From a virus (Duplodnaviria > Caudoviricetes): a stretch of DNA of 41,313 nt. Below, piece by piece: positions 9,401 to 19,523 of the stretch. The stretch covers positions 1 through 41,313 of IMG/VR virus record IMGVR_UViG_3300025889_000261. One strand, written 5' to 3'. A program made the position numbers and the translations under genes. Numbering within the stretch: position 1 is the stretch's first letter; each line of letters starts with the position of its first letter. Below the pieces are notes generated by a model. It was not told the origin of the DNA. It ran no database searches and saw only the letters and a program-made list of their open reading frames with translations.

Positions 9401-12400
9401 ATCAGTCACACCCCTTGGTAGGGATTTTATTGAGTTTTTCGATTTCTCAATAGCAAAATTAGAGTTTTGAACTCCTTGTCCTTCAATAGATCTTTTAGTT
9501 TTTTCATTATCAATTCGTTTTTTTGCATTTAATATTTCCCCAACGGTTATATCTTCAATGACGATCTCGTCTTTTGGTAATCTAGTAAGTAATTCTAAGT
9601 CACTTTGGCTAAATTTGTTATCAATTAATGTTTTGATTTTATCAATTTGAATTGATTCAAGGTTTTTAAAGTAGGAAATTTCATCATCATTAATGTAGTC
9701 GTAATGAAGCATTTCAATTAATCCTTCTTGCGCCTCAGTTAATTTTTGACCATTTATAAATTTTTCTAAAGCGACAATACTTTCATTCTTTTTATACCCT
9801 TTATTTTTAAACCACTCCGGAAATGTACTTGCAATACCTCCAAATTTTCCTCGCTTACCTGCTTGTCCTTGAGATATTGCATTAAGCATAAATTCAGCGT
9901 CTTGTAATATTTCTGGCTGATAGGTGTCTCTAGCTTGATTAACAAAATACCGCATAGTTTCTAGCTTATTTAACTTTAATTTAACAACACGCCCATCTTG
10001 AATTATTCCATTTTGAAGGCCGCTTAATAGTCTATAATCACGGCTATCGAGCAATTCATTTTCAACATCTTTTTTAATTGAATCTAGCTCATCTTTATAC
10101 CAAGTTTCCGTTTTCTTTTTGTAGTCTTTCATCAAATTAGCAGTTATTTTAGCGTTTATTTTATCTTTGTATTCTTGTCTTAATTTTTGGTACTTATTTT
10201 CATTTTTCCCTAAACCAATTTCTTCCCCAATTGGGATATTAAATTCAGCAATAGTATTTTCAATTTCTTGATCAGTTGCAATAAGTCGATCAAATACGCC
10301 TCTTACATCATCTGTAAGCTCAACATTTAATCCGCTTAGTGTTTTATAAATGTTTGTTAGCCAGACTTTAAAGCGAGTAAATATACTTCTCAACGCGGTA
10401 GATGGGGCTTTGCCCTCCATAAGGTATGCCTCAAAACCACGCGCAAATTGTTCATGATGCTCAGTTGTGATCTGCTCTCTCGACTCAACCCCAAACCAAT
10501 CCAATAGGGTTTGATAGTCGGACTTTATTTGGCTTCCGTCTTTTTCTGTTTCGGATAGAGTCCCTAACACTTCCAAGAAAAAGTGGCCGGTTTCGTGTAA
10601 GAATGTGGATAGGTCAGCATCCGCCAAAAGATCAATGTTAAATTCACCGTTTCCGAACCGGAATGCTCCGATTGGTTTCTCTGGTATTTTAGTATTGTCG
10701 ATTACTTGGCTTCCATCACTAAACTTAATAACCACCGAAGCATCGTCTGATCTCCATAATAGTGCAGGTGAAAATCCACGGCGCTGATCTTCTGTCAAAC
10801 CTTTCCTTTCTTGAGTATCTCTCGCCTCAATTTCCCCTGCCATGTTGTAATAGGTTTCAAACGCTGTTTTACCAAATGAAACGCCTTCTTTTTCTGCCTC
10901 TTGGAGCACATAAATAATATTGGCGTACTGATTCCAAACGTCTTCTGATTGCTGGGAATAGTAATCATCTCTAAATTCCTCAATATTCACATTTGGATTG
11001 TTTTTCTTTTCTTGTTTTAAAGCATTATCAAAACCCGTTTTGTCATGAAGATCGATTAAATTGAATGTAGATTTACTAACAAGATCAACTTTGCTTTCAA
11101 ATTGTGATGGACTACCCCCAGAAGCAAACCCCTCAAACTCTTGTATCAAATGTTGAATTTCATGAATAATGGCTATTTCTTGAGTCTCAGTAGTTTGGAC
11201 TTTGTTTGGATCAACAGAAATAGTAAATCCATTCTCAACTCTTGCCAACGTATCCCCTGGTAATGATTCTGCTGAAACAATGATGTTTTTTAAAAATGGA
11301 TAAAACTCGTATAACGATGGGTGTTCATATACGTCAGCAAGCAACAAAGTATCACCTTCTTCAAGCTCAACCTTCATACTTGCCTTAGAATCGTCTATCT
11401 CATATCGCCATTTATTATCTTGGCCTTTAAACCAGCCTGTTTTCTCTCGAATATCAAACTTATCAGACCCTTGATCTTCTAATTTTCTAGCGTCTTGAAG
11501 TTGTTTTATTGGCGCATTCTGTGAACGCTCGCCGATATACTGGAACAAAATCCTAGGGTCGTTTGGGTCAAACGTGCCTCGGTTGTTTACGGATTTTATT
11601 TGTTGTGGTTCAAAAGTAATATAAAAATTTTTACCAGACTGCATGACATTTCGAACAATAACACCATCATTTTTTGATTTTGCCTTTATTAAATTTACTT
11701 CATCAGGCGTTATCCAAAAGTCAACATACTTTGGTTTTTTCATTCTTAAATATACTGGCTTTACATTGGGAAGACTTTCTTTTCCAGGAGTCAAAACAGT
11801 TGAATATTCTGATGCTTTTTCTGGGCTGTCTGTAAACCATGAGATTCCTTTAAATTCATCAAATACTTGGTCAGTACCATGATAAACAACCAAAGGCTCC
11901 CCATTCTCATCAACTACTTTAGAGTCGCCAAACCAGTTTTTAAATTCTTTTGTCTCAGTGACCTTTTTGCCGGAATCAGCAAATTGGTCTAAAGGTGTCG
12001 AATTCGACACCTTTTGGAATACTTGTTTAATCCCATCCGTTACGTTTTTAATAAATGATTTCGACTGTTCTTTATTTAGCCTATTAATGTTTGGATTAAA
12101 CCGTTCAAATAGTTTTACTGGATCGAATCCGACTCTTTCTCCCAAGCTATTAAATGCACTATCCCAAAGACGAGCATAAGAATCCGCTACTTTATGACTG
12201 TATCCGGCGTCTTTCAGTTTTTGAGTTAGCTCGGATTTAACCGTCTTTTTTTCAACGGATGGTGGTTCTTGAGCTATTGGATCTTGTTCAACTGTCAAGA
12301 AATCCTTGTCAGTTGCTTGCTCAGTTTGATTACCTTCTTCATCGAGTCGCTTAATCTGTTCTTGCCATTCCCTCGCGCTCATTTCCATTGGATCTGTTCT

Positions 12401-13945
12401 GACCTCTTGAGAAAGAAAGGTCTTGTTTTCTCCTGCCCCAAGTTTTTTGGATGTGTAATATTTAGCCGCTGGGATTGCAATATCCTGGCCTTGTTCTAGC
12501 GCATTTTCAAACTCGGTTGTGTCGCCAAAAATTTCAGCCACAATATCTTTTGGATCAATCCCCTTGCTTTGGAAATAGGTATTAAATGATTTGGCATCAA
12601 TATAAAGGTACTGATCTTCCGCTATTGAATCGATTATTTCATTAACTGATTCCGGGCTTGTTTTCGACATGTCCATTGATTCAATAACATTACCAATATT
12701 TTCAACTTGTTTAGCTTGTTCAAAAGATTTTTTTGCAGATGAATATTCTATTGCTGATTGTGGACCGGCGGTAAATAATGCTAACCCACCACCGGCTTGA
12801 GCCCCTGACTTTCCAGCACTTAACATTTGATTTAAATTTTCTTCACTAAATATTTTTGAAAGATTTTCTAAATTAAATTCTTTATTATCTGCACTAATTT
12901 GCAATAATTCTTTACCTGCAACTGAAATTAACTCCTGTGTAAATTCAGTCGCGCCCTCTGTTGCCGCCGATCCAATAACCTTTTTCCCTATATTTCTTAA
13001 AACACTTTTAAGAAATGAATCTTTCGTTTGTTTTTTTATTATCTCTTTTACGGCCTTACGACCAACAATTTTTTTTATAGAATTAAGGCCATTAAAATCC
13101 GTGGCTATTTTGTCAAACCCGACCGCCTCCAATGTGCCATTAATCACCCCTACCGCCAAAGAGGCCCCAACCGCTAGTTCACGGTCAATTTTATTGCCAT
13201 CGGCATCTACAATATTTTCATACTCAAGATAAGCAAGGCTCGCCTCTAAACTTGCGGCCTCAAATCCAACCCCAATACGCCACCCCGTTACGGCCCCAGC
13301 AGCAGTACCTACGCCAGGAAGCATACTTCCAACGGCGGCCCCTGTTGTAAGTCCAACCCCTCCCCCTATTGTTGTTTTTGCAAAAATTGGAACTTGATTA
13401 GATACTGCCCCTGGAATCCCTTCAACAAATCCATCTATTTCATAATTAGGTTGCCTGGATAACTCATCTTCAATAATAGATTGTTTTTTTCGCTGTTCAG
13501 GCGTTACCCTTCCCAATAAAGCGGCCATGCCTATATTTGATAATTCAATATTTCGCTTTCCTTGATTAAATTGATTTTTTATATTACCAATTTGACGGTC
13601 AAGATATGAAAGTTTATTGATATCATTTTGGGCGACTCCAACATTATGAGGACTTTGAGACATCCATTCAGTTAATTTAGGTGATGATTTCTGCAATCCT
13701 TCGAAGTCTATCGATTTAATTTTTGTTTCACGATCTACCATATCGAGGTTACGCTCGATAAGGTTCTCAGATAATCCCGTGTTTTTCTTGTATTTGATTA
13801 TTTTTGCTGAACGTTCCGGCGTTGATTGAATGCCATGTTTGACTGAAAGATTATATTTTTTTTCGCCAGGTACAACAAACGCATCATATTCGCCCATAGA
13901 TTGCGTATTTGAATCTTTAGAGATGTTTTGCCCAACCTGTATCAT
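6407..13945 (-). CDS. Giant internal virion/ejection protein, polyvalent (ART-PolyVal-like, LPD23-like, two HExxH domains)
   Basis: T7 gp16 position; 'FKNWFGDSKVVDENGEPLVVYHGT...QIKSVNNRGTFD'; 'TGWFKGQDNKWRYEIDDS'; 'HEIQH..Q..EGFASGG' with 'AGEIEAR'; 'STFLHETGH' with 'HEQFARGFEAYL'. Confidence 0.85.
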   Translation of the reverse strand: MIQVGQNISKDSNTQSMGEYDAFVVPGEKKYNLSVKHGIQSTPERSAKIIKYKKNTGLSENLIERNLDMVDRETKIKSIDFEGLQKSSPKLTEWMSQSPHNVGVAQNDINKLSYLDRQIGNIKNQFNQGKRNIELSNIGMAALLGRVTPEQRKKQSIIEDELSRQPNYEIDGFVEGIPGAVSNQVPIFAKTTIGGGVGLTTGAAVGSMLPGVGTAAGAVTGWRIGVGFEAASLEASLAYLEYENIVDADGNKIDRELAVGASLAVGVINGTLEAVGFDKIATDFNGLNSIKKIVGRKAVKEIIKKQTKDSFLKSVLRNIGKKVIGSAATEGATEFTQELISVAGKELLQISADNKEFNLENLSKIFSEENLNQMLSAGKSGAQAGGGLALFTAGPQSAIEYSSAKKSFEQAKQVENIGNVIESMDMSKTSPESVNEIIDSIAEDQYLYIDAKSFNTYFQSKGIDPKDIVAEIFGDTTEFENALEQGQDIAIPAAKYYTSKKLGAGENKTFLSQEVRTDPMEMSAREWQEQIKRLDEEGNQTEQATDKDFLTVEQDPIAQEPPSVEKKTVKSELTQKLKDAGYSHKVADSYARLWDSAFNSLGERVGFDPVKLFERFNPNINRLNKEQSKSFIKNVTDGIKQVFQKVSNSTPLDQFADSGKKVTETKEFKNWFGDSKVVDENGEPLVVYHGTDQVFDEFKGISWFTDSPEKASEYSTVLTPGKESLPNVKPVYLRMKKPKYVDFWITPDEVNLIKAKSKNDGVIVRNVMQSGKNFYITFEPQQIKSVNNRGTFDPNDPRILFQYIGERSQNAPIKQLQDARKLEDQGSDKFDIREKTGWFKGQDNKWRYEIDDSKASMKVELEEGDTLLLADVYEHPSLYEFYPFLKNIIVSAESLPGDTLARVENGFTISVDPNKVQTTETQEIAIIHEIQHLIQEFEGFASGGSPSQFESKVDLVSKSTFNLIDLHDKTGFDNALKQEKKNNPNVNIEEFRDDYYSQQSEDVWNQYANIIYVLQEAEKEGVSFGKTAFETYYNMAGEIEARDTQERKGLTEDQRRGFSPALLWRSDDASVVIKFSDGSQVIDNTKIPEKPIGAFRFGNGEFNIDLLADADLSTFLHETGHFFLEVLGTLSETEKDGSQIKSDYQTLLDWFGVESREQITTEHHEQFARGFEAYLMEGKAPSTALRSIFTRFKVWLTNIYKTLSGLNVELTDDVRGVFDRLIATDQEIENTIAEFNIPIGEEIGLGKNENKYQKLRQEYKDKINAKITANLMKDYKKKTETWYKDELDSIKKDVENELLDSRDYRLLSGLQNGIIQDGRVVKLKLNKLETMRYFVNQARDTYQPEILQDAEFMLNAISQGQAGKRGKFGGIASTFPEWFKNKGYKKNESIVALEKFINGQKLTEAQEGLIEMLHYDYINDDEISYFKNLESIQIDKIKTLIDNKFSQSDLELLTRLPKDEIVIEDITVGEILNAKKRIDNEKTKRSIEGQGVQNSNFAIEKSKNSIKSLPRGVTDPYGQPLDIIADLYDYSSIEQMFEALQNIEPIKAHINRVADERMQQKYPNLENDKEKFRQEIIQDIHDDARSDILEFELNWLANEAPNVLKDAIKNVGRRVPSNIQTKKYAKDKIAKTPLNQIRPDVYLRAEKNAAREAGIQLSKGNIDASFEQKRIEMINGELFKQATNAKENIDKILDRFNEVVKTDKKAAKYREMNYVNAAKAILAEYGFGEKDKSAFSYVEKIREYDPTTYKSIYPLINSALDKPQNYDRLNYDDFQDLNNTIEALWHLSREEKIVEINGERLERDEVIDELASRLKELKPISNKKSKNFLVDLLHLGDAATTRVESLADYLDGGDLNGVYTKYIVTPVMEATAVYRDKRNAFLEEYKALLDGMKDRFDELPIHAKELISEKYPDGYTFRNRAELIGALRHIGNDSNKFKMLMGHGWASYQDGILDTSKWDNFLSRMWSEGVIIKKDHDFIQNLWKLFEKMKPEAQKAHKNIYGYYFNEITATPFDTPFGRYEGGYAPAKIDPENSISQLLREDKNDLFDTRDFTSFPDTGSGWSKNRIEGYAEELDLTMSTVAAHIDSVTRFTYINPTVKTIGKILLNRNFKESIHAYDNKIMKYSLLPWIKRVASQRSDTSGSDKASQFLRFIRKSIGMNFMFLNVTNALMQYSGVIIAGSKVPMKQLAKGAAVQAGHLFSQEKLHAYIGKKSLFMKNLENTISIETSNAIREITINPSKYQEIKKLADKNAYILQKITQGHVNNIVWIGAYNDAISNNMTERQAVLNADKAVRLTQGTFNHEDLSMYETGSAASRIFTMFSNYFIMKKNLLKTEVGKIGRDKGYLYGSPQLTYLALKTMILPVAMIAAIKLASNGGDDDDEDLFSKFSKEFLFSLSEETTSMAPIIGPITQSVINRYDDKYYNDRLSFSPVFSLSDNLGTSIKELSDAFMPDEEVDKRSLLKNSFTLIGALSGLPLHAIGKSSGYLIDVNEGEAEPTGPIDFTRGLVTGKR

Positions 13946-15624
13946 TTTATTATTAAATCCTCATAATCCTTATTTCTGCCAGCAAGATAAAGTACATATA
14001 ACTTTTTAAGTTTTTCCTCACTATAAGTGGCGTTTAAAGCTCGTGTTCTATCCGATACTTGTTTAATAAAATCGTCTGGAATATCTTTTAGATCAACGTA
14101 GGCTTTTTTAAGTTCACTCTCTGATAATGTTGAGATAGGTTTTACAGGATCTTTAAATAAACGTCTTACAAATACTTTCTTTATTAGCTCGTCATCAATA
14201 ATTTTTTGCTGCTCAACCGCATCAGGTTTTCGTTTATTAATTCTTTCAAATTCTTGAAAACGTTGATCTATAACAGACTCCATTTTATGTAGATTGTTTT
14301 TTAAATTATCTTTCTTTGTACCATCTTCATAAAGCCCATTATCAATAAGTGTATTTTTAATGCGTTCTTTAATAGTAAAAAATCCATTCACGGGTTCGCT
14401 TGAGCTATCTTGTTTTGCACTATTCCATATATCAACCGCTTGCTTTCTGTGCGCCTCTGTCATTCCAGACCAATAATAAGCATAAAATTCCGACTTATTT
14501 AGCTTTGAAATTTCATCAGGTGACTTATTTATAAAATCAACCCACTGATTTACGTCGTCAGTTCCTGGATCATTAATTCTCTCTAGAACAAGACGTTCCT
14601 GAGTTCCTAATTTTGAGTAAACGGACGGCGGGATAATATCGATTGGACTTGCGCCTTTGTTTTCTTTCATCATTTCAAATGCATTAAAAAACATATTATC
14701 TTTATCTTGTTGCTCAAGATCATTTAATTCTTTAAATCTAGATTCAAGACGTGAAATAATCATATCTTGTAACTCTGGGTTTTCTATTTTTCGCGCCTCT
14801 GAACGCGCTTCTGTTAGTGTTGATACTTTTGCCATTATCTTTTCAGTTTGTCTCTGAGACTCACCGCGCAATGTGCCTGTTTGGAGGCTTTTTTCAACAG
14901 AGGCAATATCCTGTCCGGTTATTTGCTTTTTAATCTGCTCAAAATACTGTTTTGCTAGCATATCTTGATCGTTATTTAGCATTCGATCAATTACGGCCAT
15001 ATGCGTTTGGCTTACCGATGCATTGATTTTTTCTTTTATAACATCCGATGATTCACCATTTCGCTCACCATTAGCTTTAATTAGGGCTGTTTGTATTTGT
15101 ATGTTTTTTTGAATTGTACCTGGATTCGCGTAATTCAGAACGGCATCATTTAAAGATTCATTTAATGCGGTCCGTGTATTCTGATTATCCAATTCGATCG
15201 TTTCGGCGTACACATGCTTTTGAATACTTGAATCAAATTGGGATTCTTGATCCAGGCTCATTTTTTTAAAAATGTATCTTTGCGTGTCATTATGAAGCCC
15301 CGACTCAAGCTCATCAATGCCTTTTTTAAATTTCTCTCTAAAATCATCTTGAGCTTTTAAAGCGTTTTCGCCTTTTTTAGTTTGAAGCCCTGATTCTGGG
15401 TTATAGATAAGATCGTTTTTTAATTGGACAAGCTTACTAAATGCACCGGTTGTAATAACGTCATCAGCCTTTTGGTTTTCATCTTCAAAATAAGAGACCG
15501 CATTATTAACAACTTGTTGAGTTGATCCACCACCAAAAGCCTCTATATCATTTGGCGCACTCATCCTAACCGATGGGGTTGCGAATTCGTTGACTCTTGT
15601 TTGATAACGTGGGACCGTTGGCAT
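13942..15624 (-). CDS. Internal virion/ejection protein (T7 gp15 position)
   Basis: 'MPTVPRY' start, helical composition, synteny. Confidence 0.65.
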   Translation of the reverse strand: MPTVPRYQTRVNEFATPSVRMSAPNDIEAFGGGSTQQVVNNAVSYFEDENQKADDVITTGAFSKLVQLKNDLIYNPESGLQTKKGENALKAQDDFREKFKKGIDELESGLHNDTQRYIFKKMSLDQESQFDSSIQKHVYAETIELDNQNTRTALNESLNDAVLNYANPGTIQKNIQIQTALIKANGERNGESSDVIKEKINASVSQTHMAVIDRMLNNDQDMLAKQYFEQIKKQITGQDIASVEKSLQTGTLRGESQRQTEKIMAKVSTLTEARSEARKIENPELQDMIISRLESRFKELNDLEQQDKDNMFFNAFEMMKENKGASPIDIIPPSVYSKLGTQERLVLERINDPGTDDVNQWVDFINKSPDEISKLNKSEFYAYYWSGMTEAHRKQAVDIWNSAKQDSSSEPVNGFFTIKERIKNTLIDNGLYEDGTKKDNLKNNLHKMESVIDQRFQEFERINKRKPDAVEQQKIIDDELIKKVFVRRLFKDPVKPISTLSESELKKAYVDLKDIPDDFIKQVSDRTRALNATYSEEKLKKLYVLYLAGRNKDYEDLIIK

Positions 15625-16103
15625 TAGGCTGCGCCTCCGGCTAAAAATTTAGATTCTTTATCCATTTGCCTTGCAACTCGAATACCTGCATTAGCCAATG
15701 TATTTCTTGCACGATTTTTCGCCGCTATTGACTCCATATTCCCAGCTGATTTTAAATTCATGGCCTCTGCCTTAAAACCCCATGCCTCACGCCAAGCGTT
15801 ATTTCTAGCGGTCATTGCATCACGAGTAGATAGGTCGGCGGTATCTGATTGAATATCTAATGCCGTACCATTATCCAATTCTATGCCCTGAGCCGCCAAC
15901 GCCGTTCTTTGTGATCCAATTAACTGTCGTCCTTGTCGTTTGATATCGATTGCCGACCGCTCGCCTCTTTTTAAAGCGTCACTTGCCTGTAAATCAGCAA
16001 AACGAGCGTTTGTGTCATATATGGATTTTTGATAGGCTCCAAGCGCCATTTGTGATTGATATTCGGCTACGCCTCCGGCTAAAGTTAACGCTTTTTCTCC
16101 CAT
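15624..16103 (-). CDS. Internal virion protein (T7 gp14-like)
   Basis: 'G.QRTALAAQGI.L..GTALDI..DT' motif; Ala-rich. Confidence 0.75.
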   Translation of the reverse strand: MGEKALTLAGGVAEYQSQMALGAYQKSIYDTNARFADLQASDALKRGERSAIDIKRQGRQLIGSQRTALAAQGIELDNGTALDIQSDTADLSTRDAMTARNNAWREAWGFKAEAMNLKSAGNMESIAAKNRARNTLANAGIRVARQMDKESKFLAGGAA

Positions 16104-16113
16104 TTCAAATCTC

Positions 16114-18921
16114 CTATCTTATTGGATATAAACCAGACGGCGCAATTGCTAATATGCTTATGGGTAGTGGGTCTGTATTGCGAATGCAAATGCTCCCATT
16201 TTTATCCCATCTAGGTTCAATCTTAACTTCAATAACGCCCGTTTGTAATCGTATTGGATCATCGTAAGTTTCATTGTTTCGAATTTTAATTTGCGTTAAT
16301 CCAGTAAGCGAGTTATCAACTTCCGGCAATTCTGAGCCGGCCCACATGTCGCGGGTCGATTCAACTTGGACATTTAACGTTGTGATAAGCTTTGCTTTTC
16401 CCGTCATAGTCTCAGTATTGATTACATCGATATCAAGTGTTTCAAGATCTGAAGTTATGGGTAATCCAGCATGAATGACAGGATACGCGTCATCCAATTG
16501 AGCTGTTCCATTTGTCACTACGACCTGATTGTATGATGGGTTATTTGGATTTGCTAAAACAAATCCGCTCCCTAATATACTTATAGCCTTTCCTTCCAAA
16601 TGCCAGAGTCCAGATATTTGATCTACAGCACGGCTCCAATTTGATATTGCGACATTTTTAAACGAATCAGAAACAGTTTTATGTGGCGTTCCGGTCATTA
16701 CAGTTGCGCTTGTATATCCTGTTAAACTAAATCGTATTACATTTCCATCATCATTATAAAGCCATATTGAATTGCCTACATCATCCGAGCTAAAAAATGA
16801 TTCACTTGATGTGATTGTTAGTAATTCTTCATATGTCCAATCATCACCCCCAGATAGTGTCATTGTGTGATTTGTGTCAGTATTTCGCCCGTCATACGTT
16901 AAAGCGCAATCCATCCCGATATAATCCACAATATCGGCAACACGTCGTTGTGTCATTCGTTCGATATACCGAACTGTTTTTGAATCAATGGTACGTTTAA
17001 TAACCATATAAACAGCATCCTCGTTTCCCTCCGGTACACACACTACATTTTCGACAAAACCGTCAAAATCATGTCGATGCCAAGCCACCATCTCATGCTC
17101 AGGTATATAAGTTAATCCGATCAATTTCCCATCACTTCTAGCCACCCAGATGATTGATTGTGGAGATTGTTGATAATCCATATCAAAAATCGTATACCCA
17201 TCAAATAGATGTGATGAAAAAATAGTTAAATCATTACCCATATATCCATCAATCGTGTTATCAAATTTTAAATCACGAATAATAGAACCTCGTGCTTGAA
17301 CAAATATAACGTTATTTCCAATTATTATAGGGCGTATTGAGCTACTTCCATAAAATGAATATTGCTTTAAATTTATATCAAATGGAGTGATGATTCCGGC
17401 CCCATTGCCTTCTACGGCCCATTCGCCACCAGAAGTTAAGATGATTAGGCGGTTAATATCGATGAGGTGTTGAATTGAATTGACCTGGCGTCCTGCGATT
17501 GTGAATGATATTGCGTCATCGTCTTGTGTTGGCGAACTTTTTGTAAAATTGTTATATTGGCCGGTACGCGACATATCTACTTTTTCAGTATTATTATTTG
17601 TATTTGCAAATACCAAACGCTGCTGTACATACATTCCAACACCCGGATAATCATCACTTGATGAAAATGGATTACGCTCAGAAGGTGGCGTATCTGTTAC
17701 ATCTGGCGAGGTACCAACATCGCTAAATGATGTTTCGCCGGCAATTCCGATAAACCCATACACGCCATTTAATGCACGGTATACATTGTATTCACGGGCG
17801 CCGCTAACGGCTGACCATGTGATTGAATGCGGATTAGAGGTTGAAGGCTCGGCCGCACTGTCTACGCGTATGTATGTTCGTGCCACACTCCCTCCCGATG
17901 TGAATGTGGTATATGCACTGCTATCAACTCCGTTCAATGTAAAATTATCAGAATCAACTTTAGTTATGGAATAGATCCCGTCGGTAATTTCTACCATACC
18001 TCCAACTCCTGATATGTATAACTCGTCATCAGTTGAATACCCATGACTTGTCACGGTTATTTGTGCTGGGTTTGCCTTTGTAATAGCGGTGATAGTTCCT
18101 TCGGCTTCATATCCTGGCAATGACTCCTCAAACGTTTCGTTTGCAATTGCCGTAACACGGTATCTATATGAATTTGAACCAGAAGACCCCGCCGATGCCA
18201 CGCCGCCTGTTGGTCGGCTTGTGTTGGGTGTAAATGAATACAGATCCAACGACCAGCTTGTATGGCCTAATCTACTTAGCTTTATTTGTGCGTATGAATT
18301 ATGGGTAAGTGTAATAACATCGCCAGACTGAACAAATTTAATGTCTCTAACATGTGATGTAATGTAAGGGCTTTCTAACTCATATATTTTCTCACAAGTC
18401 CCACCTGAATCGTATTCGCCAAATTCAGAAGAATCCACATCTGATCCATCCATATATTTGATTTCAAATGTGTTAGTGTCTACATTGGCAACCTTAAAAT
18501 GACGTGTATTGATTTCCGTCATGCCTACTACCCCACTTATGTATACTTCATCGCCGTTTGAATAACCATGACTAGCGGATGTTATGACGGCTGGGTCATC
18601 ATTCGTAATACCGGTAATTGTCTTGGCTGACTCTTTAAGCAAAACACCATTTTGAATCACACGTATATACTGGTTTCCAAATTCCAATACATAGGTTTGA
18701 TCCGAATTGAATATGAAAGGGATAAGCCTAACTTGATTAGATGAGTTGGCCACCTCGCAAACGTAATAAGTACCAGGTCTATTAGATACCCCCCCATGGC
18801 GCATTACCATAAAATTACGGCATTTTTTTAATCCTGTTGAATATTTTACGGTGTCTTTTCTTCCATAAAGTGATGGTGCCAATTCACCGCCTGAAAAACT
18901 TAATTGATTAAGTGTAATCAT
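16114..18921 (-). CDS. Tail tubular protein B / nozzle (T7 gp12-like) with two E1-FCCH-like inserts
   Basis: 'Q.SFSGGELAPSLYGR.D..KY..GL..C.NF.V..HGG...RPGT'; 'VAWHRH'; 'PLPISILAI' C-terminus. Confidence 0.9.
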   Translation of the reverse strand: MITLNQLSFSGGELAPSLYGRKDTVKYSTGLKKCRNFMVMRHGGVSNRPGTYYVCEVANSSNQVRLIPFIFNSDQTYVLEFGNQYIRVIQNGVLLKESAKTITGITNDDPAVITSASHGYSNGDEVYISGVVGMTEINTRHFKVANVDTNTFEIKYMDGSDVDSSEFGEYDSGGTCEKIYELESPYITSHVRDIKFVQSGDVITLTHNSYAQIKLSRLGHTSWSLDLYSFTPNTSRPTGGVASAGSSGSNSYRYRVTAIANETFEESLPGYEAEGTITAITKANPAQITVTSHGYSTDDELYISGVGGMVEITDGIYSITKVDSDNFTLNGVDSSAYTTFTSGGSVARTYIRVDSAAEPSTSNPHSITWSAVSGAREYNVYRALNGVYGFIGIAGETSFSDVGTSPDVTDTPPSERNPFSSSDDYPGVGMYVQQRLVFANTNNNTEKVDMSRTGQYNNFTKSSPTQDDDAISFTIAGRQVNSIQHLIDINRLIILTSGGEWAVEGNGAGIITPFDINLKQYSFYGSSSIRPIIIGNNVIFVQARGSIIRDLKFDNTIDGYMGNDLTIFSSHLFDGYTIFDMDYQQSPQSIIWVARSDGKLIGLTYIPEHEMVAWHRHDFDGFVENVVCVPEGNEDAVYMVIKRTIDSKTVRYIERMTQRRVADIVDYIGMDCALTYDGRNTDTNHTMTLSGGDDWTYEELLTITSSESFFSSDDVGNSIWLYNDDGNVIRFSLTGYTSATVMTGTPHKTVSDSFKNVAISNWSRAVDQISGLWHLEGKAISILGSGFVLANPNNPSYNQVVVTNGTAQLDDAYPVIHAGLPITSDLETLDIDVINTETMTGKAKLITTLNVQVESTRDMWAGSELPEVDNSLTGLTQIKIRNNETYDDPIRLQTGVIEVKIEPRWDKNGSICIRNTDPLPISILAIAPSGLYPIR

Positions 18922-19523
18922 TCTCTAGCCCTAATAAATTCGCTCTCTGGCATTTCATCAGGTTCATTTGCCATAATGCTATTTTTTTTAGCCATTGCAA
19001 TGTGGTACTCGTAAAATTGGATGGCCCTATCTGCTAACTTAAAAGGGTCACCCGTTGCAATTGACGGGGCTATATAAGCCGCGATTCTAAACGATAATGC
19101 AATAGCAAAATCTATTGGAAATAATGACTCATTTTCAACATTGTAAATATATTCAAGCTCCGCGTTTTCTTTATCAGTGTATATTAACGGCCCTGATTCA
19201 TCGTAAGCAGTAACAAATTTAACTCGGCTTTGTTTTGTGTCATTTCTTATACCGCTCAAAATCCGTATTGCTTTTATACAATTATTAGGAAGTCGATACG
19301 AATAAAGCCATTCTGAATTTGGATTTTCTTTTACAAGCCCTAGTGTTGTGATAGTTTTTGCAAATGACCACGGAAATTCAGATAGTACAGACTTTACCGT
19401 ATCGGCATAAAATGATCTGCAAATAGACGCTTCTTGGGATGCCTCGGTAAGTGATGCGATTCGCTTAGATGATCCAACGTGATGCAATGCCATATTGCAT
19501 ATTGATATAGAGGATGTACTCAT
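18918..19523 (-). CDS. Tail tubular protein A / adaptor (T7 gp11-like)
   Basis: 'ICNMAL..VG...IASL.E.S.EA..C..FY....VL.EFPWSFA' and 'Y.YRLP.CI' motifs. Confidence 0.9.
   Translation of the reverse strand: MSTSSISICNMALHHVGSSKRIASLTEASQEASICRSFYADTVKSVLSEFPWSFAKTITTLGLVKENPNSEWLYSYRLPNNCIKAIRILSGIRNDTKQSRVKFVTAYDESGPLIYTDKENAELEYIYNVENESLFPIDFAIALSFRIAAYIAPSIATGDPFKLADRAIQFYEYHIAMAKKNSIMANEPDEMPESEFIRARE

Noticed and set aside
18963-18973. Third late-promoter box (TGGCAAATGAA)
   Set aside because: Only 11 bp match, inside coding sequence, with no TATAGT at the conserved distance
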